The notes beneath the pieces were generated by a model. The model searched no databases. It was given only the letters and a program-made list of their open reading frames with translations, and was not told the DNA's origin. Below are positions 37,942-49,698 of a DNA stretch of 64,000 bases, one piece after another. Position numbers and translations under genes: made by a program. This DNA is from Pseudanabaena frigida (GTDB taxonomy: Bacteria; Cyanobacteriota; Cyanobacteriia; Pseudanabaenales; Pseudanabaenaceae): the NCBI GenBank assembly GCA_003242085.1, contig QBML01000010.1, positions 41,983-105,982 on the forward strand, in the 5' to 3' direction. How positions within the stretch are numbered: position 1 is the first letter of the stretch; each line of letters opens with the position of its first letter.

Positions 37942-40311
37942 TCATAGCTGTAGAATCTTTCGCAACCCATCGGCGATCGCCTGTACAGGACTAAGTAATT
38001 TCGCAGCTTTGCTGACGACATTAAGAATACCGTCGATCGCCATGCTAATCATGTCGCGATCGGCTTCTTTGTCGTTGGCAAGTTGACCAATCTTATCGAG
38101 ATATTTCAGAGCTTTTTCTTTGTCTGGTTCTGCTAATTCGGTAGATTCACTAATTGCTTTTTGTAAGTCAGTAAGGAGATCGGCGAGTTTTGGTGCTTCA
38201 GGAATGTTGCTATCGAGGAGTTCTTGAATTGTGATAGTAACTTGTCCGCTAATATCTCTACCTGCAACTCCTTTTAAGTCTTTACCTGCAACACCTGAGA
38301 TGTTTCCATCTGCAATACCTGAAACATCTCCACCTGCTTTAATATCAGTCTTTTTCCCAAACATAGAGTCCTGCACAATTACGCTAATTAGGCTGAAATT
38401 ATTCCCCACTTTAGCATTATCTGATGGAGAGTACTTTGTCTTTACTAAACTGCTTTCTAATTGTCTATCTTTATCCGCTAGGTCTTTCTTAAGTTGCTTG
38501 ATTTCACTTTCTAGTTTTTGCAAGTTTTGATTTGAGTCTTGTAAGAAAAATGATTGAGCAATTTTTTTAGTCTCAGTAAAAAAGGAGTGCAATTTTGATT
38601 TGGGAACTTTTGAGTTGCCAACTGTGAGACGTAGAATTATATCTCCATCGCCCAAATTTTGCAAACCACCAAATTGAAGTTGAGCCTCTTCATATTCATT
38701 CATTAGTTTCTGCAAAGCAAAAGCAAAAGCTTTGGGGTCATCACCATTACGAAAAATTAAATCTAGGCTGTCTTGATACTGACGCATTAGTTTAGCAAAA
38801 TCTCCTTGCCGAAAAGTCCCAATTGATGGCTTGCGACTTTCAGGATCAGGTGTCAAATTTCCTCTGTCATCACGTTTTTGACTTAAGAAAATATAATCAC
38901 AAATTACACCATCAAGCTTAGTACTAGGAGTCATCCACCAATCTTCAATACAAGCACCTGTAAAATCTGCTTCAAAAAAGTCAGTTCCACGAACTTGAGT
39001 ATTACTTAAATTTGCGTTGACAAGTGAGGCATTTCGGAAATCACTTCTATTTAAAATTGCATCTTGTAGATTTGCATAATCTAGATTTGCATCATGCAAA
39101 CTTGCTTCTATCAAACTTGCATTTTGCAGGTTGGTATTTATGAGTTTTGCATTACATAAATCTGCTGTATTAAATTTAGCATTTTGTAAGTTTGCATCAA
39201 CCAGATCAACATTTTGTAAAAAGTATTCACTCAGGTCAACAGATGTAAAGTCCTCTGCTCTATTCTTATTAGGTTCACAACTTAGACCAAAAGCTTTTTT
39301 ATCCTTAAGTGTTTCAGGCAAATAGCAAAACCAAAAATGAGCGCCCTGCCAGTTAGTTAATTTACACTTGGTATTTTTAAAACTAGTAGATTGTAAGTTA
39401 GTATTTGCAAATTTTGCCATAGTTAGATCTGCCCCTTGAAAATATGTGCCTGTCCAGCCTTTGATGATGCTAATTAATCCCTGTAGTAAGTACCAGTACA
39501 AAACGATAAAATAGAATGTACATAAACCAAGCCAAGTTCCATCAACAATTTTTCCACTAAGAAATGCATTATAAGATTGAAATGAAGATTCCCCCACCAA
39601 TAAACACATGTAGGCACAGACTAATTCACCTATCCCCACTACAAATAGTCCCATAAATTTTGTCTCGCTCAAGCTCTCATCCGAAGGCTCAAATAACATT
39701 AAAACAAAATTTGCTAACCTATCTGCCTTTGCAATCTCAAGATGAAGTTTTTTTAATCTTGAAATAGTAGTATCAATCCCAAGAAACCTATACCGATCAT
39801 TAGTGTCATCGTACACAAATGCAACCAGAAATAGCATAAACAACACAATCCCATTCAGAATTGCACCCAGAGTCGCATTCCCCATAGCCCACTCCACTGC
39901 ACCCTGAATTACACCTACCAGTGCACCCTGAATTACACCTACCAGTGCACCCTGAATTGTACTCTCCATTACATCCTGAGTCGCACCCTCCATAGGAACA
40001 AGCGCACCCACAAGCGCACCTACAAGCGCACCTACAATCGTAAACACATATATACTGTTACCAGTAATTGCAAATGCAACTATAATTGTAATTGAAACTG
40101 CAAGCGAAATCGCAAGCGAAACCGCAATAAGAATAATTAATTGCTTGCGACTCTTACCAGTTTTTACACCTGTAAAGTTGGCATTGGCTAAATTTGCTCC
40201 TCGAAAATCACAACCTCGTATATCTGCACCTGTAAAATCTGCACCTGCTAAGTCTTCTCGTCTACAAAAGGACTGATTACGCAAGTCTTGACCGACAAAG
40301 GATAGAGCCAT
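37942..40311 (-). CDS. Pentapeptide-repeat membrane protein
   Basis: N-terminal and central A(D/N)(L/F)XX repeats flank a multi-TM region; ends in a coiled coil and helical tail. Confidence 0.88.
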   Translation of the reverse strand: MALSFVGQDLRNQSFCRREDLAGADFTGADIRGCDFRGANLANANFTGVKTGKSRKQLIILIAVSLAISLAVSITIIVAFAITGNSIYVFTIVGALVGALVGALVPMEGATQDVMESTIQGALVGVIQGALVGVIQGAVEWAMGNATLGAILNGIVLFMLFLVAFVYDDTNDRYRFLGIDTTISRLKKLHLEIAKADRLANFVLMLFEPSDESLSETKFMGLFVVGIGELVCAYMCLLVGESSFQSYNAFLSGKIVDGTWLGLCTFYFIVLYWYLLQGLISIIKGWTGTYFQGADLTMAKFANTNLQSTSFKNTKCKLTNWQGAHFWFCYLPETLKDKKAFGLSCEPNKNRAEDFTSVDLSEYFLQNVDLVDANLQNAKFNTADLCNAKLINTNLQNASLIEASLHDANLDYANLQDAILNRSDFRNASLVNANLSNTQVRGTDFFEADFTGACIEDWWMTPSTKLDGVICDYIFLSQKRDDRGNLTPDPESRKPSIGTFRQGDFAKLMRQYQDSLDLIFRNGDDPKAFAFALQKLMNEYEEAQLQFGGLQNLGDGDIILRLTVGNSKVPKSKLHSFFTETKKIAQSFFLQDSNQNLQKLESEIKQLKKDLADKDRQLESSLVKTKYSPSDNAKVGNNFSLISVIVQDSMFGKKTDIKAGGDVSGIADGNISGVAGKDLKGVAGRDISGQVTITIQELLDSNIPEAPKLADLLTDLQKAISESTELAEPDKEKALKYLDKIGQLANDKEADRDMISMAIDGILNVVSKAAKLLSPVQAIADGLRKILQL
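39898..39958. repeat. 24-bp tandem repeat (2.5 copies) encoding GALVGVIQ-type units
   Basis: TGCACCCTGAATTACACCTACCAG twice plus 13 bp. Confidence 0.9.
39998..40036. repeat. 12-bp tandem repeat (3 copies) encoding VGAL
   Basis: ACAAGCGCACC(C/T) three times. Confidence 0.9.
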
Positions 40312-40419
40312 GAAATTTGGGTTAACTGACTGAAGTTAAAGCTGTGCTTTACAAGCATTGCGATTTCAGTAAATATATCAGAATTGCTCAATTCCTGATA
40401 TATATCCAAAATTTATCCT

Positions 40420-40742
40420 TTAGCCAACAGCAAACTCTGTAAACTGCCGCATATAACTTGAGTGAAAGCCATTAACAATATCTTGCTTAGGAACTCCCAT
40501 CTCAGCAAGCCTAATCGCAATATCAAACTCCGTTCCATTATGCTGCACCCAAATTTTGTCATCTTTAATATCGAGATGCACGACACAGCCATATATCCGT
40601 CGTTTATTGCGCCAACCAACATGGGCTAATTGGTAATGATCGCGTTCAGTATCAAAAATCAACTGTGACTCAACCTCACGATCCGAAGAACCATAATTTG
40701 CAAGTTCCGTCAGTAAATCTTGAATTTTCTCACGATACTCAG

Positions 40743-40755
<13 letters not shown>
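40420..40755 (-). CDS. xisI: XisI family protein
   Basis: QLIFDTERDHYQL..VGW, HLDIKDDKIWVQHNGTE, GVPKQDIV.GF. Confidence 0.92.
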
Positions 40756-42925
<2,170 letters not shown>

Positions 42926-42926
42926 T

Positions 42927-43014
42927 TATAGCTATAGCCAAAAAACCAGAAGAGAGTTGCGGCGCGAAGCGCCGCAACTCTCTTCTGGTGCTAACATAAC
43001 TGGCTACTGCTATA
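42927..43014. mobile_element. Putative 88-bp MITE-like element (imperfect 14-bp terminal repeats, TA at both ends) with an internal 21-bp perfect hairpin
   Basis: Left end TATAGCTATAGCCA; right end TGGCTACTGCTATA (reverse complement TATAGCAGTAGCCA). Inner hairpin ACCAGAAGAGAGTTGCGGCGC-GAA-GCGCCGCAACTCTCTTCTGGT at 42945-42989. Confidence 0.55.
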
Positions 43015-43026
43015 TTGTCCATAAGC

Positions 43027-43626
43027 TTATCTCATGGCATTTCGGAAAGTATTTGCTGCTTCTAATCGCGAAGTTTGAGCTATCAAGACACAACGAGTAA
43101 GTAATTCGATATCTAAGTCTACTAGCTCTGGAATTTCACTGCGGGTAATTTTTTGATAATCTCCTTGGCGAAGATGATAAAGGCTAAACACACCATCCTG
43201 CCAAAACCATACTTCTGGGATACCTAAAACCTGATATCTTTGCAATTTTTTTGGACTACCGCTACTAAATACAACTTCAACTACCAAATCAGGAATTGGC
43301 TTGGATGCTCCAAAACAGTAGGACTCGTCTGGTTCAACAGAGACTTCACCTTCTCGCTCTTGGGTCATGGAACCTGTGGGTTCAAATTCGATATTTTTCT
43401 CTACACAAAACAGTTCAATCAGAAACCCAATAATAGTTTTAAAGAATTCGTGAGCGCGACCTGGCATGAGAATTTCAATGGTGTTGTTATAATAATAAAT
43501 CCTTACACCGATGGAATCAGAAAAACCTGTTTGAATCAGTTTAAACTGTTCCCAAGTTATACCCGAATAGATGAGGTGTTGATCTTGATCGGAAGTTGTG
43601 GAAGTAAGTAGTGAAGTTTTGGACAT
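43027..43626 (-). CDS. Uma2 family (DUF820) endonuclease-like protein
   Basis: GITWEQF, EPDESYC, PDLVVEVV, LGIPEVWFW. Confidence 0.9.
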   Translation of the reverse strand: MSKTSLLTSTTSDQDQHLIYSGITWEQFKLIQTGFSDSIGVRIYYYNNTIEILMPGRAHEFFKTIIGFLIELFCVEKNIEFEPTGSMTQEREGEVSVEPDESYCFGASKPIPDLVVEVVFSSGSPKKLQRYQVLGIPEVWFWQDGVFSLYHLRQGDYQKITRSEIPELVDLDIELLTRCVLIAQTSRLEAANTFRNAMR

Positions 43627-43825
43627 GACGACAACTCATTACTAGGAGAAAATAGGTTTAAGCAAAGCTTAGTCATATTTTGTCAATGCTTTGGGCTAAT
43701 AACTGTAGTATGACATATAAAAAGATCGTCTTAATGGTTCTGATAAAAGAGAGTCGCTTTGCACCTCTTTTTGTTTCTGTTATATAATCTTAAAAGCTTT
43801 ATAAATAGATAGTTCGCAATAATTT

Positions 43826-45790
43826 ATGTCTGTCGCTCCCTACGGTTCTTGGAAATCGCCTATTAGTTCCGATTTGATTGTTTCTAGCAGCATTCGCCTT
43901 GGCACGATCGCTATTGATGACGGTAATGTCTATTGGAATGAAGGCAGACCAACGGAAGGGGGGCGTAATGTAATTATGCGCTATAGCAGTGATGGCAACT
44001 ATCGCGAAATGACTTCTGCATCGCTCAACGTGCGATCGCTAGTCCATGAATATGGCGGTGGCGAATATCTTGTAGAAGATGGACGGATTTATTTTTCTAA
44101 CTTTAGCGATCGCTGCATTTATCGCAAAGTTGGCGGCGGCTCTTGTAAACCCTTGACCACTGAAAATGCCTATCGCTACGCCGACTTTATTTGGCATCGG
44201 ATGTATGGCAAGTTGATTTGTGTACGCGAAGATCATACTGGTGAAGGCGAACCGATTAATACTCTGGTGGCTGTAAGTACTACCAATGGTGAAGATATTC
44301 AGGTACTGGTAACGGGTGCAGATTTCTACGCCTCGCCTTGTCTTAATCCTACTGGAGATAAACTCGCTTGGATTAGTTGGCAACATCCAAATATGCCTTG
44401 GGATGGAACGGAACTATGGGTTGCCGATCTCATAGAATCAGACGTGGGCGTACTTGCCATTCAAAATCCCCAACTGGTGGCAGGTGGAGCCAATGAGTCG
44501 ATTTTTCAGCCTGAGTGGTCACCCGATGGCAAACTCTATTTTGTTAGCGATCGCACGGGTTGGTGGAACTTATATAGTACGGAAGCTTCTAGCAAAAATA
44601 TTCAACCACTCTGTCCAATGGAAGCCGAGTTTGGCTTACCTCAATGGGTATTTGGAATGTCTACCTATGACTTTACTGGTGCTGGCAAAATTGTCTGCTC
44701 CTATAGCCAGTATGGTAAATTCCATTTAGCGATTCTCGATCCTGCAAATTTGGCTACGGGATTACAAGAAATCCCTCTGCCATTTACTTCCATTTCAGGA
44801 CTACATTGTGAAGGCGAGCGCGTAGTGTTTCATGGTGGTTCGGCTACTGAACCAACGGCGATCGTCTTGCTTGATTTGACAACTGGAACTTGGCAAAAAG
44901 TGCGTGTTGCTTCGGATTTACAGATCGATCCTGATTATATTTCCGCCGCTCAATCTATAGAATTTCCGACAGAAGATGGAAAGAGTGCCTATGGACTTTT
45001 CTATCCGCCCAAAAACAAAGATTTCCAAGCAGAGGATTCTGAAAAACCACCTTTGCTTGTTAAAAGTCATGGGGGACCTACAGCATCTACTTCAGGAAGT
45101 CTAAGCCTAGGCATTCAATATTGGACGAGTCGTGGTTTTGCTGTGCTTGATGTCAACTATGGCGGTAGTACGGGCTATGGCAGAGAGTATCGCGATCGCC
45201 TCAAAGGTAATTGGGGCATTGTTGATGTCGATGACTGCGCTAATGGAGCCAAGTTTTTAGCTGACAAAGGTTTAGTCGATGGCGATCGCCTCGCGATTTC
45301 AGGTGGTAGTGCTGGCGGCTATACGACCCTTTGCGCTCTGACTTTTCGTAATGAGTTCAAAGCTGGTGCAAGTCATTATGGAATTTGCGATCTGGAAGCT
45401 TTAGCTACAGATACCCATAAGTTTGAGTCGCGCTATCTGGATACTCTGATCGGTAAATATCCCGAACAAAAAGAACTTTATATCCAGCGATCGCCAATTC
45501 ATTTCACGGAGAAGCTGTCCTGTGCGATCGCCTTTTTCCAAGGATTAGAAGATAAAGTCGTGCCCCCCAATCAAGCCGAGATGATGGTAAATGCTTTACG
45601 CGAGAATGGTTTGCCCGTTGCCTATGTTCCCTTTGAAGGCGAACAGCATGGCTTCCGTAAAGCCGAAAATATCAAACGCGCCCTTGATGGCGAGTTTTAT
45701 TTTTATTCCCAGATTTTTGGCTTTAAACCTGCGGATGAGATTGAGGCGATCGCGATCGAATATGGCAACCACGCAAAAATCTCTACTTAA
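43826..45790 (+). CDS. S9 family (prolyl oligopeptidase-like) peptidase
   Basis: APYGSWKSPI, HGGPT, nucleophile GGSAGG, GLEDKVV, EQHGF. Confidence 0.93.
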   Translation: MSVAPYGSWKSPISSDLIVSSSIRLGTIAIDDGNVYWNEGRPTEGGRNVIMRYSSDGNYREMTSASLNVRSLVHEYGGGEYLVEDGRIYFSNFSDRCIYRKVGGGSCKPLTTENAYRYADFIWHRMYGKLICVREDHTGEGEPINTLVAVSTTNGEDIQVLVTGADFYASPCLNPTGDKLAWISWQHPNMPWDGTELWVADLIESDVGVLAIQNPQLVAGGANESIFQPEWSPDGKLYFVSDRTGWWNLYSTEASSKNIQPLCPMEAEFGLPQWVFGMSTYDFTGAGKIVCSYSQYGKFHLAILDPANLATGLQEIPLPFTSISGLHCEGERVVFHGGSATEPTAIVLLDLTTGTWQKVRVASDLQIDPDYISAAQSIEFPTEDGKSAYGLFYPPKNKDFQAEDSEKPPLLVKSHGGPTASTSGSLSLGIQYWTSRGFAVLDVNYGGSTGYGREYRDRLKGNWGIVDVDDCANGAKFLADKGLVDGDRLAISGGSAGGYTTLCALTFRNEFKAGASHYGICDLEALATDTHKFESRYLDTLIGKYPEQKELYIQRSPIHFTEKLSCAIAFFQGLEDKVVPPNQAEMMVNALRENGLPVAYVPFEGEQHGFRKAENIKRALDGEFYFYSQIFGFKPADEIEAIAIEYGNHAKIST

Positions 45791-46968
45791 CCCTTAACAC
45801 AAATAATCTGCTTCAAAGTGGCGACTACCTCGACTAGATCGGATTGCTGGTGCATCACTTGCTCAATCGGTTTGTAAGCCGCAGGAATTTCATCAATGAT
45901 ACCTGTATCCTTACGACACTCAATGCCTTGAGTCTGCTGAATTAGGTCATCTAAGGTGAATTGATCCTTCGCCTTACTCCGAGACAGCAAGCGACCAGCC
46001 CCGTGAGAACAAGAGCAATAACTTTCGGTATTTCCTTTGCCTTTGACGATAAAGGACTTCGCTCCCATTGAGCCAGGAATAATGCCATAGTCCTCAGTTC
46101 TTGCCCTTACCGCACCTTTGCGGGTGACATACACATCCTCGCCGAAATGAGTTTCTTTTTCGGCATAGTTGTGATGACAATTTACGGTCAGTAACGGTTT
46201 AACAGGTTTACCACCACTAGCATACTTCTCGATAATCTTCTTAAATCTTGCCATCATGACATCACGATTAGAACGCGCATATTCCTGTGCCCATTGCAAA
46301 TCGCGCCAGTAAGCGGCAAATTCAGAAGTACCAGCAACGAAATAGGCAAGATCCTTATCGGGTAGAGAAGTTCCTGCTAGTCGGGCTAGATCCTTTGCTG
46401 TCTCGATATGTCTCTGTGCAAGCATATTGCCAATATTTCGAGAACCAGAATGCAGCATTAGCCACACCTGATTATCTGTATCTATGCAGACTTCGATAAA
46501 GTGATTGCCACCACCAAGGGAACCCATTTGCTTCATGGCTTTACCTTCAAGATGTTGAACTCCAGAATGCAACTCACGGAATTCCCTCCATCCTAGCCAA
46601 TTGAGGACAGGCTTTTCGACCTCTTTATTATCATTAAAGCCAACTGGAATCGCGGCTTCGATTTCTAAACGAATTTGCTTAAGCTTTCCTTCTAATTGGT
46701 CATAGTGAAATGGAGTTTTGATCGCAGCCATGCCACAACCAATATCCACTCCCACCGCCGCAGGGATGATCGCTTCTTTAGTTGCCACTACAGAGCCGAC
46801 GAGTGCACCTTTGCCAAGATGCACATCAGGCATTAATGCCACATGCTTAAACACAAAGGGCAAGGATGCAACATTTTTAGCCATTTTCGTTTCTTCATGT
46901 CCAAGGTCATGATCTGCCCAAGACAAGACTGGCTTGGGTGTTGCGATATTTAATTGTTGGTAAGGCAT
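45787..46968 (-). CDS. rtcB: RNA ligase RtcB
   Basis: MPDVHLGKG, GVDIGCGM, GGGNHF, HSGSR, HHNY, HGAGR. ATG 46968 preferred. Confidence 0.95.
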   Translation of the reverse strand: MPYQQLNIATPKPVLSWADHDLGHEETKMAKNVASLPFVFKHVALMPDVHLGKGALVGSVVATKEAIIPAAVGVDIGCGMAAIKTPFHYDQLEGKLKQIRLEIEAAIPVGFNDNKEVEKPVLNWLGWREFRELHSGVQHLEGKAMKQMGSLGGGNHFIEVCIDTDNQVWLMLHSGSRNIGNMLAQRHIETAKDLARLAGTSLPDKDLAYFVAGTSEFAAYWRDLQWAQEYARSNRDVMMARFKKIIEKYASGGKPVKPLLTVNCHHNYAEKETHFGEDVYVTRKGAVRARTEDYGIIPGSMGAKSFIVKGKGNTESYCSCSHGAGRLLSRSKAKDQFTLDDLIQQTQGIECRKDTGIIDEIPAAYKPIEQVMHQQSDLVEVVATLKQIICVKG

Positions 46969-47085
46969 GGTCTTAATCTCGTTATGTAGTACGTATGCTA
47001 CAATATGAAACACGATCGCGCAATAGATTCAAAAATTAGGCAAAAGAGATCGGTGGCGCTTTGAGCCGCTCCTCTCTTTTGGGTT

Positions 47086-47880
47086 TTATAAAGTGGGAAC
47101 AGCTATATCTGTAAGTAGGAATGATAATGGGTAACTGGGATTAGCGGCAAAGCCTAAAATTCCGCGATCGCGATGTTCGTAAACCAATTGATTTTGAGCA
47201 TCGAATAGAAATGTCCCACCACGTTGGGTCATGTGGGAAGCATCAGGAACATAGGCTTTCCAATTACCCAAAACCTCTGCCATATTCCGCAATCGCAAAG
47301 TTGCTAGTTCAAAGGAGCGCTGAAATCCACTGCCGCCAGCCCATTTAAAGAAGGACCCTTTTAATGGTGGTAACGGTGCAGCCTTAATGACTTCTTCATC
47401 GCCGATTAACTGTGGTGCGTTGCGATCGCCACGATAGCCTCGGAAAACTTCGGCTAATGTTCCCTTACTACCAATGCCAGCACACATCAGCATCAGATTT
47501 ACCCAAGCACTTTGTCCTGATGATAGTAATGGAAATTTAGTCGTTAAGCCAGAATAGAGCTGTAATTGGCGATGTAGCTCACCTGTAGTATCGACAAACA
47601 TCCAATTAGGATCGAAGCCAGTAAATTTGCAAAAATATTCTCCCGACTGGCGATCGCCGATGCCAATTGCTCTAACGGCAATTCCTTCTGATTTAATGCG
47701 ATCGATTTCTCTCTGTATCCACCAAATATATTCAAGGCTATCAAAATCGCCTAGTTGAGGTAATACTAAAATTAATTTGCGCTGTTCTGGTGGGCAATTA
47801 TCAAGAATCGGGGCGATCGCGCCATCACTAACACGCTGCCTTTGGGTTTGACTGAGAATCTCGTAAGTATTTTGATTCAT
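47086..47880 (-). CDS. Peroxiredoxin-like (AhpC/TSA-2) family protein
   Basis: PQLGDFDSLEY, ELATLRLRNM, QRGGTFLF. Confidence 0.75.
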   Translation of the reverse strand: MNQNTYEILSQTQRQRVSDGAIAPILDNCPPEQRKLILVLPQLGDFDSLEYIWWIQREIDRIKSEGIAVRAIGIGDRQSGEYFCKFTGFDPNWMFVDTTGELHRQLQLYSGLTTKFPLLSSGQSAWVNLMLMCAGIGSKGTLAEVFRGYRGDRNAPQLIGDEEVIKAAPLPPLKGSFFKWAGGSGFQRSFELATLRLRNMAEVLGNWKAYVPDASHMTQRGGTFLFDAQNQLVYEHRDRGILGFAANPSYPLSFLLTDIAVPTL

Positions 47881-47958
47881 GCTGTAATTAACTTACCTAA
47901 AGAAATTATATAATTAGATTTAACTGCTTGGCGATCGCTAACTTTTCGATCAAAAACT

Positions 47959-48630
47959 ATGACCAATACAATCCCCAGAATAGAGACTATCTATCCTAGT
48001 AGCGATGGACAACCGATGGCAGAAAGTACAGAGCATTATCAATGGATTGTGACAATCGCGGGAGGATTGGAAAATCTATTTAAAGATAACAATAATGTAT
48101 TTGTGGCAGGAGATTTGCTCTGGTATCCTGTCGAAGGTCAGTCGGAAATCCGTCGCGCTCCTGATGTGCTGGTGGTATTTGGTAGGCCGAAGGGAGCAAG
48201 GGGTTCTTACATCCAACACCTAGAAGATGGAATTGCTCCACAGGTAGTGTTTGAGATTTTGTCTAGGGGAAATCGAATTTCTGAGATGGCTCGAAAATTT
48301 GAGTTTTATCAAACCTACGGGGTGGAAGAATATTACGTTTACGATCACCTTGCGAATGATTTGGCTGGTTGGCTAAGAAACCCAGACGATCGTCATCTAA
48401 AGCCGATTGCTAATATCGAAAACTGGACAAGTCCACGTTTAGGTATTCGTTTTGAACTTACTGATGAAACTTTCAAGATTTTACAACCTGATGGAACTAG
48501 ATTCTTAACTTATCTCGAACAAGCTGAACAGGTTAAAGCGGAACGAGTTGCTAAAGAACAGGCGCTTGACACGATGGCAAAGCTTGCTACTAAGCTCCGT
48601 GAGATGGGAGTCGATCCAGATAATTTTTAA
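47959..48630 (+). CDS. Uma2 family (DUF820) endonuclease-like protein
   Basis: YPSSDGQPMAE, VAGDLLWYP, APDVLVVFGRPKG, PQVVFEILS, YGVEEYYVYD. Confidence 0.9.
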   Translation: MTNTIPRIETIYPSSDGQPMAESTEHYQWIVTIAGGLENLFKDNNNVFVAGDLLWYPVEGQSEIRRAPDVLVVFGRPKGARGSYIQHLEDGIAPQVVFEILSRGNRISEMARKFEFYQTYGVEEYYVYDHLANDLAGWLRNPDDRHLKPIANIENWTSPRLGIRFELTDETFKILQPDGTRFLTYLEQAEQVKAERVAKEQALDTMAKLATKLREMGVDPDNF

Positions 48631-48776
48631 GCGATCGCTGAATGTTTGGGAAAAGCCAATCTATGACAAGAATCTTTTTGGCAAGGGCTGAGGAGCAGAA
48701 GAAATTTCGTGATGTGTTGCGATTGCTTAGCAAAAATAGATTTCACGATAGCAAAAAATAATGGAAGCGATCGCAT

Positions 48777-48872
48777 TCAATCGGCGAGAGGAACTGAGTA
48801 ATGTACGGCTGTTGCAAGTGATGTTTTGTTGTAAAAGTTTTGAGCTTCGGGAGATAGACTGATCTCATCCAT
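48777..48872 (-). pseudogene. Truncated RelE/ParE-like toxin (31 codons)
   Basis: ATG overlaps the end of the antitoxin-like gene; reads MDEISLSPEAQNFYNKTSLATAVHYSVPLAD*. The first about 20 residues resemble cyanobacterial RelE N-termini. Confidence 0.5.
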
Positions 48873-49095
48873 CTCTGCGAAATTCTCTCCAGTTATGATA
48901 GACTCCAGTAGAAACTTTAGCTTCTGCTTTTTCTAATGAGTCCATAAATTTAGGAATCCTCAATAATTCTTCTGTTGCTTCTTTACTCTCGCGTTCTGCT
49001 AGATATGCCAAAAAATCGACAGCCACTCTTAGTCGTTCGGGAGATAGACAATCGCTGTATTCATCAATTTGATGGCGAAGTTCTGCTGTGGTCAT
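48865..49095 (-). CDS. Putative type II antitoxin (DUF2281-like)
   Basis: 76 aa; ELRHQIDEY...LSPERLRVAVDFLAYL...EATEELL.IP.F...WR pattern seen in cyanobacterial antitoxins. Confidence 0.65.
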   Translation of the reverse strand: MTTAELRHQIDEYSDCLSPERLRVAVDFLAYLAERESKEATEELLRIPKFMDSLEKAEAKVSTGVYHNWREFRRDG

Positions 49096-49351
49096 AAGCT
49101 TGATGGTTATTCAAAATTTATAACTTCCTAATAACGCTATTGTAGGCGATCGCCTAACTAATCACCCTCAATTTAGTTGTCATACTAATTTAAAACCATA
49201 AACATCTCAAAATCTTGTCTTTAAGCTGAACGATCGCTAAATTAAAAAAGTTGCTGATTTTCTATACATTTTGGGAAAATCAAAGCCATGAAGATTGTGA
49301 GAATAAAGCGATATAATCGATCGCAATAACTTTCAAGAATTAGAAAAACTC

Positions 49352-49684
49352 ATGACTGATTTGCCAGAAGATGATCGCGAAATTATTTTGGTGGATTTTA
49401 AGGGAAGTGGCGGATCTGTAGGGCAAGTTAGCCTTTCGCCTGTAGAGCTTACTAAGCAGTTAGAGGAACCGTCGAAGCACGCAGTGAATACGGCGATGGC
49501 GACAATTCGGTTGATGGCAAATCGCACGATCGCTACTCTTGACACGATGGCAAATAAGCCGTCACAGGTGGAGGTGGAGTTTGCGATCAAGTTAGATGCT
49601 AAGGCGGGTGCTTTGTTGGCGAGTGCTGGGGCTGAGGGTAGCCTCAAGGTGAAGTTGGTCTGGCATCGGGACAAGGATAAATAG
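49352..49684 (+). CDS. Trypco1 (CU044_2847-family, trypsin co-occurring) protein
   Basis: PSQVEVEFAIKLDAKAGALLASAGAEGSLKVKLVW signature; directly upstream of a trypsin-domain gene. Confidence 0.85.
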   Translation: MTDLPEDDREIILVDFKGSGGSVGQVSLSPVELTKQLEEPSKHAVNTAMATIRLMANRTIATLDTMANKPSQVEVEFAIKLDAKAGALLASAGAEGSLKVKLVWHRDKDK

Positions 49685-49698
49685 GATATTTTACAATC

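Noticed and set aside
43746-47080. Degenerate GC-TTT-G hairpins at about 43746-43771 and 47041-47071
   Set aside because: The arms have too many mismatches to call; they may be decayed family members.
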